DNA from: Proteromonas lacertae
Lineage: Eukaryota
Direction: 5' to 3'
Assembly (NCBI GenBank): GCA_002245135.1
Contig: NGBS01001164.1
Coordinates: forward strand, 186,001 to 250,000
DNA: 64,000 bases
Positions 1 to 12,987 of the stretch are shown one piece after another. Each line of letters opens with the position of its first letter. Within the stretch, counting starts at the first letter, position 1. The position numbers were made by a program, and so were the translations under genes. Below the pieces are notes generated by a model, which did not search any database, was not told the DNA's origin, and worked only from the letters and a program-made list of their open reading frames with translations.

Positions 1-1185
1 ATACTTTCAAGGTGTTTTCTTAGATGAAACAGAAAAACGAAGTGCAGCTGATCAATTTCTATCATTATGTAAATGGTTATTTTCAATATTAGAAGTGAAT
101 TTCGATATAAGAGAAAATACTTCAACTGTTGATAAAATGACTCAACTCTGTATAAATATGCAGAATATTGGCATTTCCAGAGAATTAATTAGTTCAATAT
201 CTCCAGCTTCCTTATGTAAAGGATATGGAGAATCAGTTGTTACTGTATTATATTATATTTTAGAACAATGTTTATATAAACAAAATATAAAGTATATTAT
301 TATTACTTACATTTATTTATTTATTGTCTTATAGATTTGGAGTGCAATTGGAATATCCTGATGAGGAAGATGAAAGAAGAGTCTGTGAAATATTAGAAGA
401 AGAAGATAATGAAGGTGATATATTCCCTGATTATATAGAATATGATGATTATGGAAATGATAGTGAAGATGAAGAATTTGATAGTATGGAATTTTCCAAA
501 AATTATACTGAAATTGATCCAAAGTTGTGGAAAGAAGAATGTGAAAAAGTATATCCCAAATTAGAGCAAAGGATGTTGCAATCAAGAGTAATAAGATCTG
601 AATGGAGTAATAGATTAGAAGATTGGAGAAATAATAATAAAATAATCAAAAAGAGTGAACCATATTGCAGTGAGTTTTTAGATAAATTATTATCTAATTT
701 GAGATCTGAATTAGATCAAATAGAACAAAAAGAAAATACACTTTCTATCTCATTACAAAGACAGTGTGAGAATTTTAATGCAATAACTTCCTCTACTAAA
801 GAAAAGCAAGAATTATTAGTTGCTTTACAGAGTGAAATCGATGATATTTCAAGTCAATATAACTCAATGAAAGATAGAGTAAAAGCAATGAAAGATGAGA
901 TAGATTCGAGATTTAAGACTGGTAGTGATGCTGTTCCCATTGTGAAGATTAAACAAGCAATGAAACAGCTGGAAAAAGAAAATGAGAAGATGGATATTCA
1001 ATTAACGTATATTTTGTATGATTTCTATTTTTATTAGTATTACAACTGCTATGTTGAATAGATTTTCCAATAAATATGGTGAAGTGGTTAGTGATGATGA
1101 GGATGACTATGACAATAGCAAAATAAATGAGAACTCTGACAGCGAAAGTGAAGATACTCTCTCGTATAGTGCATATACTAAGTGA
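1..1185 (+). CDS. IFT57: Intraflagellar transport protein 57 (5' end outside window)
   Basis: Motifs LCKGYGESVVTVL, IDPKLWKEECEKVYPKL and DAVPIVKIKQAMKQLEKE..MDIQ match the IFT57 family as I recall it. GT-AG introns 292-334 and 1007-1037 join the frames; TGA at 1183-1185. Confidence 0.85.
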
Positions 1186-1250
1186 CATTATTTATAAATT
1201 TTCAAATTGTTTCTTGTTGTAATTGAGGATTTAAATCGATTTTTATTAAA

Positions 1251-1258
1251 AAGCTTGA
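1251..1258 (+). promoter_or_regulatory. Recurrent upstream motif AAGCTTGA
   Basis: About 75 nt upstream of the NEK ATG; the same motif precedes several other genes (see findings). Confidence 0.4.
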
Positions 1259-1330
1259 TAAAAGATTTGAGCTATTTTGTTTTTGATCTTTCTGTTATAC
1301 CAGTAGTTTTTGAAATAGAATACATTTCTT

Positions 1331-2266
1331 ATGGAAGATCGAATTGATGAATACGATATTGGGCATGCTATAGGTATATCTTTTTGTCTAATGGATTTAG
1401 GTAAAGGTCAGTATGCCGTTGTTTATAAAGCTGTGAGAAAATGTGATGGAAGTGTAGTTGCATTGAAGAAGATATCTCTTTTAGATATGATTGATGAAAA
1501 ATCAAGTATTTGCTAGTCTTTATATTTTCTTAGAACAAGCATGTTTAAAAGAAGTAAATCTATTAAAAAATATGCATCATCCAAATATAGTAAATTATAT
1601 TGATAGTTTTATTCATAAGAAACGTTTAGTGATAGTTGTTGAATGGGCAGGAGCTGGTGATTTAAGAAAACAAATAACATATGCTATAAAGAAGAAAGCA
1701 AGATTCAGTGAAAGAGTAATTTGGAAGTATTTCAAACAAATTGCAGATTCAGTTAGATATATGCATTCTAAACGAATAATGCATAGAGATTTAAAACCAG
1801 CCAATATATTTCTAAAAGAAGATGGAACAATAAAAGTAGGTGATTTTGGTTTGGGAAGAACGTTAAGTGAAAAGACATTAGCAGCGTATTCGAAGGTAGG
1901 TACTCCCTTATATATGGCTCCTGAATTACTATTAGAAAAAGGATATGATTTCTCATCCGATGTTTGGTCTTTAGGCTGTATATTATACGAATTAGCAGCT
2001 TTAAAATCTCCATTTACTGGTGATTTAATTAGAGTTTATCAAATACTAGAAAAGATTCAAAAAGCTGAATATTGCCCATTGCCTAGTTATGTTGGTAAAG
2101 AAATTAAAGAATTAGTGACGAGTATATTGCAATTAGATCCGAAGAAAAGACCAACTATTGAATATGTATATAAAATGGCAAATGAAGCTTATGAAAAACA
2201 TAGTGAAATGACATTAAAGAGAAAATCTAAATTACAGAAGACATTGAAAATGGCACAACAGAAACT

Positions 2267-2297
<31 letters not shown>

Positions 2298-3257
2298 AGT
2301 ATACCTGAAGAACATAAACAAGATATAAATGCTATTCCAAATGTGAAAGAACAATCTCAACATATTAAACAAACAACTATTACTACAGCTACTACACATT
2401 CTGATAGTAAAGACAATGATAAAGGTGAAGATATTCCTCCTCATTTAACTATTGATACTAAATGTGAGAAAACGAGAGATAAAAAGAGTAAAATAGTAAC
2501 AAAAGTCCCATCATTTGTCAATGATTTTCTACCTCCTTCTAATTATGATGATAATAACAAACCAAATAGAAGTATAAGTCCAAATACAAGTAATAATAAT
2601 AATATTAAACAACATATTAAAAGCATTGATATTCATACATCTCTCAAACTAAACCGTTTCACTATCTATCCTGATGAATTGAAAGTAGAAAGTAAAGAAG
2701 GAGTTGGAGAAACTGAAAGAATCATTACACCCACACCAAAGTTCATTATTCCTACAAGAATTCAGAAAGAAGAAACCAATGATTCATTACAAGAAATTGA
2801 TACACCATCCTCTGGACCAGAATCTCCTACAATTGCTCCATCTCCTAATATAAATAACAATGAAAGAATAACAAGTATTCCAATACTACCAACTCCAAAC
2901 AGATTCTTTGGTGAAGAAATGATGGATAAATCGTCTGATTCAATGGGTGATGATTTGAAGAATGTATTAGGTGGGGAAATTACTGGAAGAGAGCGTAATA
3001 TTGATGATAATGAGATTGATCATAGTTATTTGAGAAGTGATTCTGATACTGACAGTGATAGTGAAGGAAGTTATTCTAGTTATAGTAGTAGCAGTAGTAG
3101 TAGCAGTAGTTACTCTAGTTCAGGAAGTTATTCTTCTGGTAGTGGTAGTGGTAGTGGTAGTGGAAGTGGAAGTGGAAGTGGAGAACATTTAGTTGATAAT
3201 AAGAATTATGAGTCTAAAAGATCAGGTGTTGAAAGTAAAGATGATTACCATGTATAA
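1331..3257 (+). CDS. NIMA-related (NEK6/7-like) Ser/Thr kinase with low-complexity C-terminal tail
   Basis: IG|KGQYAVVY, VALKKI, HRDLKPANIF, DFGLGR and VGTPLYMAPE. Two short GT-AG introns (1374-1400 and about 1506-1533) join ORFs 1331 and 1491. Confidence 0.9.
2268..2297 (+). repeat. (CAA)10 poly-Gln tract in the NEK gene
   Basis: Direct reading. Confidence 0.9.
3083..3183 (+). repeat. AGT/AGTGGT low-complexity repeat encoding poly-Ser and (SG)n
   Basis: Direct reading; translation SSSSSS...SGSGSGSG. Confidence 0.85.
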
Positions 3258-3392
3258 TTAATTACAAAGTGAAATAATATTAATATTAATATGTTTATTT
3301 TTTTGTTTAAAAATGAGTGGCTTGAGAGAAGAAAATAGCTTGTGCGTTTTTAATTTGAATATTATTCATTTTCTATTGATCAGAAGCAATAA

Positions 3393-5713
3393 ATGAGTAG
3401 AAAACCAACTACAGATTCTGAAGATCCATCTGTACCTTCTTTAGAATTGTCTTCTATATCATGTTTGTTGGATAACAGGAAAAGTTATAATAGTTCATTA
3501 CATGGCGAAGTATTTAGAATATGTAATCTTCTTATAGTTATCATCTAATCCAGCGACTTGTTCTCCTGATATTGTATTGTTTCATTGTAATTAGTCTTAG
3601 GAAGATGGTAATTATCCATTATATTTGTATAATCTTCATTGTTATACATTATAATATAGACAAAATCCAATTAAGAATATAATGAAAACAAACTTTTGTG
3701 TTGTTGATCCAGCAAGTAAAATAGCAGATGCATTTAAAATAGTATACAATGATAAGTATATTTTGCTTCTCTTCTCATATATTATAGTGAAGTTGTTTTG
3801 TTTATTCTTGGAGATACAGGAATTCCAGAAATATTAGAATATAAATCATTTATAAATAGTGCAGTATTGCCAAATCTCAATTTTGATTCAGAACCAGTAT
3901 AATAACTACTTATTATTTAATAAATTAGGTATCATCTGTTTTACCCAAAAGAGTACCACTTGTATCTAATGAAACAACTATAATTGCATGTATAAAACTA
4001 ATGAATGATATGGTATATTATGTTTATCATTATGTCATTTAGGATTGTGAAACGTTACTCTTAACAGAAGGTTATAACGGTGATATATCAGGATATATCC
4101 ATGAAGCAGATATATGTAGATATATACTGAATGAATATTACAATGATGATAAAGTATTGAATAAAATTCACATCAACAAAAAATATCTCAGAATTGCATT
4201 ATCTCCAAGTATAGAATATATAATAATTATATATTATATAGTTATTCAGATACCTTTAGCATTATTATCATTATTTGAAGCAATTAATGAAATATTTATA
4301 GGTTATTTGTGGATCACTGTTCCTATTATAATATTATTATTTATTGATTTAATAATAAGAATGTCTTTATTAGGACATCTCTTTTTTAATTTTCCAAATT
4401 TCTTTGATACAGCCATTATTATTATTATGTTAATCAGTTCCATTTGCTTTTATGCTAGTGATATTGAATATTTAAGTTATCTTAGTGTATTTAGAATAGT
4501 AACTGCACTTTGGTTTTTATACAAAGCATTGTGTTCTAGAAAGTCAATTGTTAAGAATTCTCAACATCTTGTTTCAAAGAATAAATCAAGATATATGGAT
4601 GATAAATTTGATTTAGATTTAACATATATTACCAGTATATATATATATATATATTCATTCTTAATTTATTATATATAGATCGTATAATAGCAATGTCATT
4701 TCCATCCAAACACTTTGAAGGCTTGTATAGAAATAATATATATGAAGTAGCCGAATTCTTTGAAAAAAGACATGCAGGTCATTATATGATGTATAATTTT
4801 TGTTGTTAATATTATTCTTAGATATAATTTATGTGAAGAAAAGAGTTATAAGCCATCTTACTTTCATGGAAATGTTAAAAGATTTCCAATTAAAGATCAT
4901 AATCCACCTCCACTAAGTATATATTATTATTATTTAATTGGTTAGAAATGATATTTGATTTTTGTAACGATGTAAGTTCATATTTAAAACAAGATCCAAA
5001 TAATGTTGTTGCTATTCATTGTAAAGGTGGAAAAGGAAGAACTGGTTTAATGATTAGTGCATATTTAGTAATGAGTGGAGTTTGTGAAACACAGACAGAA
5101 GCGTTGAAGTATTTTGCACAGAAGAGAAGTGTTGATGATAAATGCACTCAGGGAGTAACACAGCCAAGTCAGATTAGATTCTTAGATTATTTCTATAAAG
5201 CAATTAAACAATCAAGTAATTTATATAAACTGTTTATTTATTATAATTAGCACCAATGTCAATTCCTACTCGTAAATTAAAATTAGTAAAGATAGTAATG
5301 GAACATGTATAATAAATGATTTTGATAATCAATATTATGAAATAGGCAAATAGATTTACTTTATTATTCAATATATCATTCGTTTTGACAAATGGTAAAG
5401 TATTATATATATGCTTATATATCAATAGGATCCTATTCCAATATATGTATCTAAGATTGAAAGTAATCCAATTATATCAATTTCATCATCTCATACTTTT
5501 ATGATTGATAAAATTGTTGAAGATGAAATTCGTTTTGCTTGTACATCTGATCTAAATCATGAATTTTTCTTTGTATGGTTGCATTGTGCTTATGTGGACT
5601 TTCCTGTTACTAAAATTTTTAAGAAAGATATTGATTTATTGTGTAAAGATACTTCCAACAGGAAGTGTGGTGGAAGTTTCTTATTTTCATTTTATTTTGA
5701 AGAAATAGTGTAA
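3393..5713 (+). CDS. Voltage-sensing-phosphatase/TPTE-like protein with an N-terminal CBS pair (CBS-CBS, VSD, PTEN phosphatase, C2)
   Basis: About a dozen short GT-AG introns give one continuous frame: PIKNIMKTNFCVVDPASKIADAFKIV and PVSSVLPKRVPLVSNETTIIACIKLM...GDISGYIHEADICRYI (CBS-like); FIDLIIRM and NFFDTAII (S2/S3); LVSKNKSRYMDDKFDLDLTYIT, DHNPP, HCKGGKGRTG, GVTQPSQIR; C2-like FFVWLH...KKDIDL. The start could alternatively be ATG 3313 via an extra intron. Confidence 0.85.
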
Positions 5714-5832
5714 TAAATTAATATAATTTCATATGTTATAACTATTTGTTGTATTTTAATTGAATACTTAGCAACTTTATAATAATTGAATATAAAACTA
5801 ATCATTCTTGTAATTTTATTTTTTGTTTTTTA

Positions 5833-6594
5833 ATGAACGAAGAAAAGATAAGTCGATATTTGAAATGTGCTACACTAACTAATGATATTTATAGTATGTC
5901 AAAAAATGAATATTTAATGAATTCAACAATACTTATATATTTAAAAGATGTATCAAAGAATTTAGTTATAGAAAAACCATCACAACCACTACAATATATG
6001 TCAGACTACTTCAGGAGTATATTAAATGGAACTAATATTATTAACAAGGATTTTAGTTATATAATCAGTAGTTTATTGAATAGAATGAATTTTATATGGT
6101 TTTTGTCCAAATCATATAATCATATAATTGAGTTAAATAACATTAGTGCAAATGATTTGTTGTTTATAGCAAAAGAAGTCTGTAGTGATTTTGAAGAATC
6201 AATAATTACAATGTTATGTAATATACTAGATTGTACATCAAGTGATTTGATTGAAACAAAAAGGCTATTCCATTCATTTTCAGCAATAGTGTTATACTAC
6301 CCTTTCATTTCAAATTTAATATCATATAGTAAAATTTACATAGACAAAGAAAGGAAAGATCAAAGAGAAAATGGATTAAATGTGAAATTAAAAAGCACAA
6401 TTGTAAATTCAATAATAAATGCTATAATGGAAAAGACAATAAAAGCAGATCAACCGCCAATTGATGTAAAAAGTCTAATAAAAGAGAATGAAATAAAATT
6501 GAAAGGTTTAATAACTTACTTGATTGAAAATGAAGAAATTAATGTTGTAATTGATAAAATATCTCATGGAATGTTTGGAAGTAGATTAGATTAA
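5833..6594 (+). CDS. CSTPP1: C11orf49/CSTPP1-like tubulin polyglutamylase complex regulator
   Basis: EYLMNSTILIYLKD...PLQYMSDYFRSILNGTNIINKDFSYI..NRMNF resembles the C11orf49 N-terminus. Confidence 0.6.
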   Translation: MNEEKISRYLKCATLTNDIYSMSKNEYLMNSTILIYLKDVSKNLVIEKPSQPLQYMSDYFRSILNGTNIINKDFSYIISSLLNRMNFIWFLSKSYNHIIELNNISANDLLFIAKEVCSDFEESIITMLCNILDCTSSDLIETKRLFHSFSAIVLYYPFISNLISYSKIYIDKERKDQRENGLNVKLKSTIVNSIINAIMEKTIKADQPPIDVKSLIKENEIKLKGLITYLIENEEINVVIDKISHGMFGSRLD

Positions 6595-6709
6595 TTTAAT
6601 AGATAAGATAAATATGAATAAAATGATTTGTATATGATTTTTTTTATTATTTTTCAAAATTAATTTGAACAAGCTTGATTCAAATTTAAATCGTTTTTTT
6701 TCTTTTTTA

Positions 6710-8396
6710 ATGGCTTATGTGTCTAGATTACCTCGAGGGGCTTATTTTGATCCACCAGCTACAGATGAACATGTAGGTCCAGGTACTTATCAATCTTTAA
6801 ACACATATAACTTCAATGCAAGTGCAAGTCCTTTTAACACATCCAGTCCAAGACAAACACTTGAATGTTTTAATAAAGAAGCTATGAAGAACCCAGGTAT
6901 TATTTTTATTGTTATTTTACTAAGGCCCTGGAGCATATGCAAGAGATATTCCTTTTATAACTGAAAATAATGGAGGAAAAGAATTTAAATCAAAAGTAGG
7001 ACGATTTGATTATAATATATCAGCAAATCCTGGTCCAGGTGCATATAAAACAAAAGGATTTACAGATAAATACAAAAGATCACGATCAGCACCGAAAAGA
7101 ACTCAACCATATTTTACTTGGACAAAAGTGCAAATGGCTCCAACAATACCAGCCAAATCCCAATCATATGGTTATGAAATGACAAAAAGTGGTGAATTAA
7201 TCATGTTAAAACCCAAAACTAAAATATATGCAGGTGATACAAGAGATTCAGTAGGTCCAGGTCAATATAATCCAGATAAACCGTATATATATATACATAT
7301 ATAAATGTAAACAATAGATTCACAAATCGATTAGGTGCAAAAACGAAATATAAAGTGGATAAAACAAATAGACATGATTTCACAAAAGATGGTAAAGGCA
7401 ATCCAGGTCCAGGAACCTATGATGGAGTATATTAATATATTATAATAATTGTAAATAGTTAACAAAAATGCCCTTTGAAAAACCAGTCAAACAAAGCCCC
7501 AATTTCTTATCACAAGTGAAAAAAGGACTTGTATTTGATAATACAGATGCAGTATTAACACCAGGCGTTGGTTCCTATAATCTCTACAAAGGGATCGTTC
7601 CAAAGACATCGAAATGTGGTGAATTTGATACTACAGCTCCTCGATTTGATTATAAGTATAACGGTGCTCCTGGTCCAGGTGCTTATGATCCAAATGTCGC
7701 TTCGTTTCCTCCAGTTAGAAAACTACCGAAAGGTGCACAAGAAGAAGATATTCCGAAGATTCCATTTCATTCATCGACATTTAGATTTGATCAAGGACGA
7801 GATGAAGAAGTACCTGGTGCTGGTTCTTATCCATTACCAAGCTTCTTAGAGTATATATATATATTATTTATTATATTTATTATATGTTTAGTGATTTACA
7901 AAAGAAAAAGAAATCTTCAATGTTCAATTCAAAAGTTGGTAGATTTGATTATAATATAAACTCAACACCAGGTCCTGGTACATATAAAGCTCCAGAATCA
8001 ATTCATATCAAACCATATGGTCAAAGCAGTCAATTTAAAAGTAAAAGTAAGAAAGGTGAAATATTTGTTGGTGAAAAAGACAATCCTCCTCCAGGTGCTT
8101 ATACTACACAATTATCATGGAAAACTAACCAAGGAGATCATCTTCATAAAGATAAAATACCTCGATTTGATTGGAAAACGAATGGAGTTCCAGGTCCTGG
8201 TACTTATGATACTGGAGTTGTTAGTTTACACATTGAAAAGCCTAGAAATGGCGAGATGTTAGTTAGATCCAAAAGATTTAATAATAAAATCGAGAATATT
8301 CCTGGTCCTGGTGCTTATGATGCTGAATATATGTATGGAAATCTTAATAAACCAACATTCAATATAACAATAGCAAAAGAAACTAAAAATAGATAA
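6710..8396 (+). CDS. SHIPPO/PGPGxY-repeat ciliary protein (STPG/ODF3-like)
   Basis: More than 10 PGPG(A/T)Y-type repeats across five exons joined by short GT-AG introns. Confidence 0.85.
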
Positions 8397-8506
8397 TAAT
8401 AAATTCTGTAAATTTAAAATAATAATTTATGTTAAAAATATATATTGTTGTTTATGTATTATTTTAATAAACATAACAAAAACAAAATATTCAAATTTCA
8501 TGTTTA

Positions 8507-11500
8507 TTAATAATAAGTATTTCTTTCAATCCATTTTGGTTCTCTGAATATTTGGTGAGTATTCTTATCTTCATACATCACAACTGATTTTCTCATACAG
8601 AACTTTCTTAATTCATCATATAATATAATAAACATAAACCAAGGTAATGGAGCACACCAGTGGAATAATCTTAATGGTCTAGTTCCAAATGCAGTGTTGA
8701 ATGGTGGAATATAACATAACATCATACCTAACCAAGTTTCAAATATAATACCGAAGTTCATTGCTGAATTTCTCATACCTTGCTCATAAATACTATTCAT
8801 TCTTGTCTTTGAGATTAATAAATCACTCCATTGTACAACAACAATTGATACGAAATAAGCAGATTGAGCATGAGCTAAAGCTTCTTTCTGAGACATTCTG
8901 GAAGCTACATTAAGTCTAATATCGGCTTTATTCTCACCTATTTTTACAGTATTTTCAGGGAATATATATTCATTAAGATTTGTATGTTCTCCAAATGATA
9001 ATTTAGCTTCAGAGAAACACTTATCTGGATTAATACTACTACTACCAAAAGTAATACCATCATTAGAATCTTTCATTTCAACAGAGCTTTTACCACTTTG
9101 TTTTTCACTTAATACTTTATATACACCATATGGTTGATAAGTATAAGTTACTGGATCTTTTGGTCCTTTACCATCTCTTCCTAAACCATCAACTCTTGTA
9201 TCTTCAACATCCCATTTTAGCCAGTTTTGATCCCAGAATGTTGATCTTGCTGCTCTATATGGATAATATTCAACCATTCCTCTGTTATATAATGCTTGGG
9301 CTGAAGTATCTGTTACTTGAATATAGCCATTACCATAACCTGAAACATTAAAGAATCTTTCATATCCTTCTGGTTTACTATTACTACTGTCATAATTACG
9401 AGATGCAAATAAACAACTATCCAAATCACTTTGACTATGACCAGGATCATAAAACCAGAAACCTTTTTGATAAGCATCATGAATATGTTTAACAGTTTCA
9501 TTACCTTTACCATATTCTATAAAGTGCATATCATCATATTCATCACCATTAATATTTCTAAATACACCACCAGTAAATGAACAATATAATGTTTGTTTTC
9601 CCCAATTATCATTAGCACCAGCTCTCATTAATATCTTAGGTGGATAACCATAATCATCCATAACAATAAGATAAGTTAAAAATGCACACATACATTGAGT
9701 CATTCCTATCTGTAAATAGGCGAAGAAAATCAATTTACCAGTGACTAAATGGTCAGTTTTAGCATATCTTGGTGGTCTTCTCATTATATCACTTTCTGGT
9801 TCTTCCCATGCTAAGGAAATAGCTGGAACCATATCAGTACCTAAATCGATACATAAAATAGTAACTGTTGATAATGGTAATGGAATACCAACTGTAATAA
9901 AACTTAAGAATGGGAAAATTTCAGGAATATTGGAGGATAATGTATATGCAATTGATTTCTTTAAGTTATCGAAGATCAATCTTCCTTCTTCTACACCTTG
10001 TACAATTGAAGCGAAGTTATCATCTAATAAGATCATATCAGCGGCATCTTTACTTACTGCACTTCCCATTATACCCATAGCTACACCAATATCAGCTTTT
10101 CTTAAAGCTGGAGCATCATTAACACCATCACCAGTTACAGCAACAATTTCTTCTCTCTTTTGACAGTTTTCTACAATCAATAACTTCTGTTGAGGACTTG
10201 TTCTGGCAAATACAACTTGAGTGTGTTGTAAAATATCATCCCATACTTCATCAGGTGTGTCAACACCAAAATCACTTCCAGGAACAACAACTGCATCAGC
10301 TAAAGCAGGTTCTCTATAACCATTTTCAGCTGTTCTTGGTTTTGGATTCTTTTCATCATAGAAACCATTCTTTCTATTGATTTCAACTAATTCATCTTCA
10401 GTTTCAGTCCAAATAATACCAACTTTCTTTGAAATAGCTTTAGCTGTAATTGGATGATCACCAGTTACCATAATAACTCTAATTCCAGCAGTTTTACATT
10501 TAGCAACAGCACCAGGTACTTGTGGTCTTGGAGGATCAATCATAGCAGTCATTCCTATGAAGTTTAATGGAGTTGTACAATGATCTCTTTCATATAATTG
10601 TTCATTAATCTTATCTGGATTTTCCCAACATTCACCTAATGGGAAGTTTGGTTTATCAGTTTTGTATGCATAATCATCTTTGTATTTATCTGCATCTAAT
10701 TCTAATTCAGCAAAACCTAATACTCTTAAACCTCTTTTCGATAATTCAATTTGTAATTTTTCAATTTCACTCATTTTTTCTGGTGTTAAATCATGTAAAT
10801 TTCCTTCTTTATCATAATATTTATTACATCTTCCTAATATTCTTTCTGGAGCACCTTTCATTGTTATTAAATGGTTTGGTTTTCCTGATTGTTTATTAAT
10901 AGATAATTGGTATTTGTTGGTTGAATTGAATGGAATTTCTTTAATCAATGGATATTCCTTTCTATAATCTTCGATATTATCAGTTATACCTGAGAATCCT
11001 TGTACATATTTAATCAATGCATTTTCACTAGCATCTCCAATAGGAATCCATTGAATCTTCTTTTCTACCACATTACCTAATTTAACCTCTTTAATAAATG
11101 GTTGTCTTACTTCTTTACCATTTTCATATACAATATTTCCTTTTTCATCATGTAATAACATACTGTTTTCATCCCATTTAGCTTTATTACAGATTGTTGC
11201 ACATCTCATTAACTTCTTAAAACAGTTACTTTCTTTATCGGTTGTTGCTTTATCATATAATGAACATTCACAATCATAAATATATGTATCAAACATTAAG
11301 TTTGTTACAGTCATCATATTCTGAGTTAATGTTCCAGTTTTATCACTGCAAATACATGTAGTTGAACCTAATGTTTCTACACCTTCTAAATTCTTGACTA
11401 ATACATTCTTTAAATACATTCTATTAGCAGTTAATGTCAAACATACAGTAACTGTAGCTAATAAACCTTCAGGAACATTAGCTACAATAATACCAATCAT

Positions 11501-12671
11501 AAACACCAAGTTAGAAACAATTGGAGTTCCAATAATTAAACCAACTACAAAGAATATAACACCTAATGTAATAGCAACGCATGAAATAATCATAATAAAG
11601 TGAGCTAATTCTCTAGCGATTGGAGTTTGTTCTGTTTCTGTAGCTACTGCTAATTTGGCAATTCTTCCCATTACAGTATGATCACCAGTTTGAATAACTA
11701 AACCAGTTGCTCTACCTTTTGGAATTTGTGTTCCAAAGAATGCTAAATTATCAGCTTCTAATGGATTGTCATGATGAGCTTCAGTTGATCTTTTACATGG
11801 TTCAGATTCACCAGTTAAACAAGCATTATCAACTTGCATATCATCACTACATTCAATTATTCTAACATCAGCTGGAACTTTTTCACCACCTTTCATTAAT
11901 ATAATATCACCAGGAACTAATGTATCTGCACCAGTTACAAATGTTTTACCTCCTCTTATAACGGTAGCTTGATCAGCCATCATCTGTTTGAAACTCTCCA
12001 TTAAAGCACCTGATTGTCTACCTTGACAATAAGAGAAAATACCTGTGATTAATACAACTGCACATAACACAATACCTAAGTATAACTAGTGAAATTATAT
12101 AAAATAATTAATTATATACATCGCTTTCGTTTCTTTGTAGACCATATGATATAAAGCAAAGAATACCACCAGCCCATAATAATAATGCAAAGCCAGAGGA
12201 AATTTCTTTTAAAAACTTAACCCATTCTGGTGTTGTTGGTGGAGGAGTCATCTTGTTTGGTCCAAACTTCTGATAAGCATCTTTATACTTATCTTCTTTA
12301 AGTCCCTAATAAGAAAATAGAGTAAATATTAAGTATACTTGACTAGCATCTGTGTTTAATCTTGCTAATAATGAATTAATTTCTTCAGTATGTTCAGTCA
12401 TTATCAGTTCTTTTTTTAATTCATCATTATTATCCTTTTTACTTTTAGCTTTGTTTTTCTTAGCTAATGCTGGATCTCTTCTTTCTTGCTTGTCAGCTTC
12501 AGTTAAGTGATCAAATTTTTCTTGACTCAATCTTTTATCATATGTTAGCTTTATCTCACCAGCGACAGCTGCAAAAGATGGTCTTCTTTCGCTCGGATGC
12601 TCTCCATGATTGGCCATAGTGTATGACTTTACAGTGGGAGCCACAATTCCATCATCAGGTTGCTGTGACAT
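8507..12671 (-). CDS. P2C-type Na+/K+-ATPase alpha subunit
   Basis: TGESEP, IVANVPEGL, CSDKTGTLT, MKGAPE, TGDHPIT, GDGVNDAPAL, SNIPEI, DLGTDM and C-terminal RNTYY. Two introns near 12086-12119 and 12306-12338. Confidence 0.95.
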
Positions 12672-12987
12672 GCCTTGGATTCAAAGAAATCAAAATGCAA
12701 CGATCTTTAATGATGAAGCAGTAACGGCTAGATCTTTTATAAATTATATTGCATTTTGTTTTTCTTTCAAACTATGTTTTTAATGAGCGTTCTACATCCA
12801 TATCCATAATATAATGTTCAAACAGCACAATGTCTCTAAATATTTCTTATCTTATTTTACCATTTTTTTAAGGATTATTTGATGTTGAAGTAAAGAATAG
12901 TTCTTTATAGTTATTCATTTAATTTAATTACATATTAAAACAAAATAACAAATAAATAATATTAATAACAACATATATATAAATTAA

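Noticed and set aside
9741..10163. Antisense ORFs (also 18063-18308, 26764-27213, 43310-43633, 63045-63374)
   Set aside because: Shadows of the real genes on the opposite strand.
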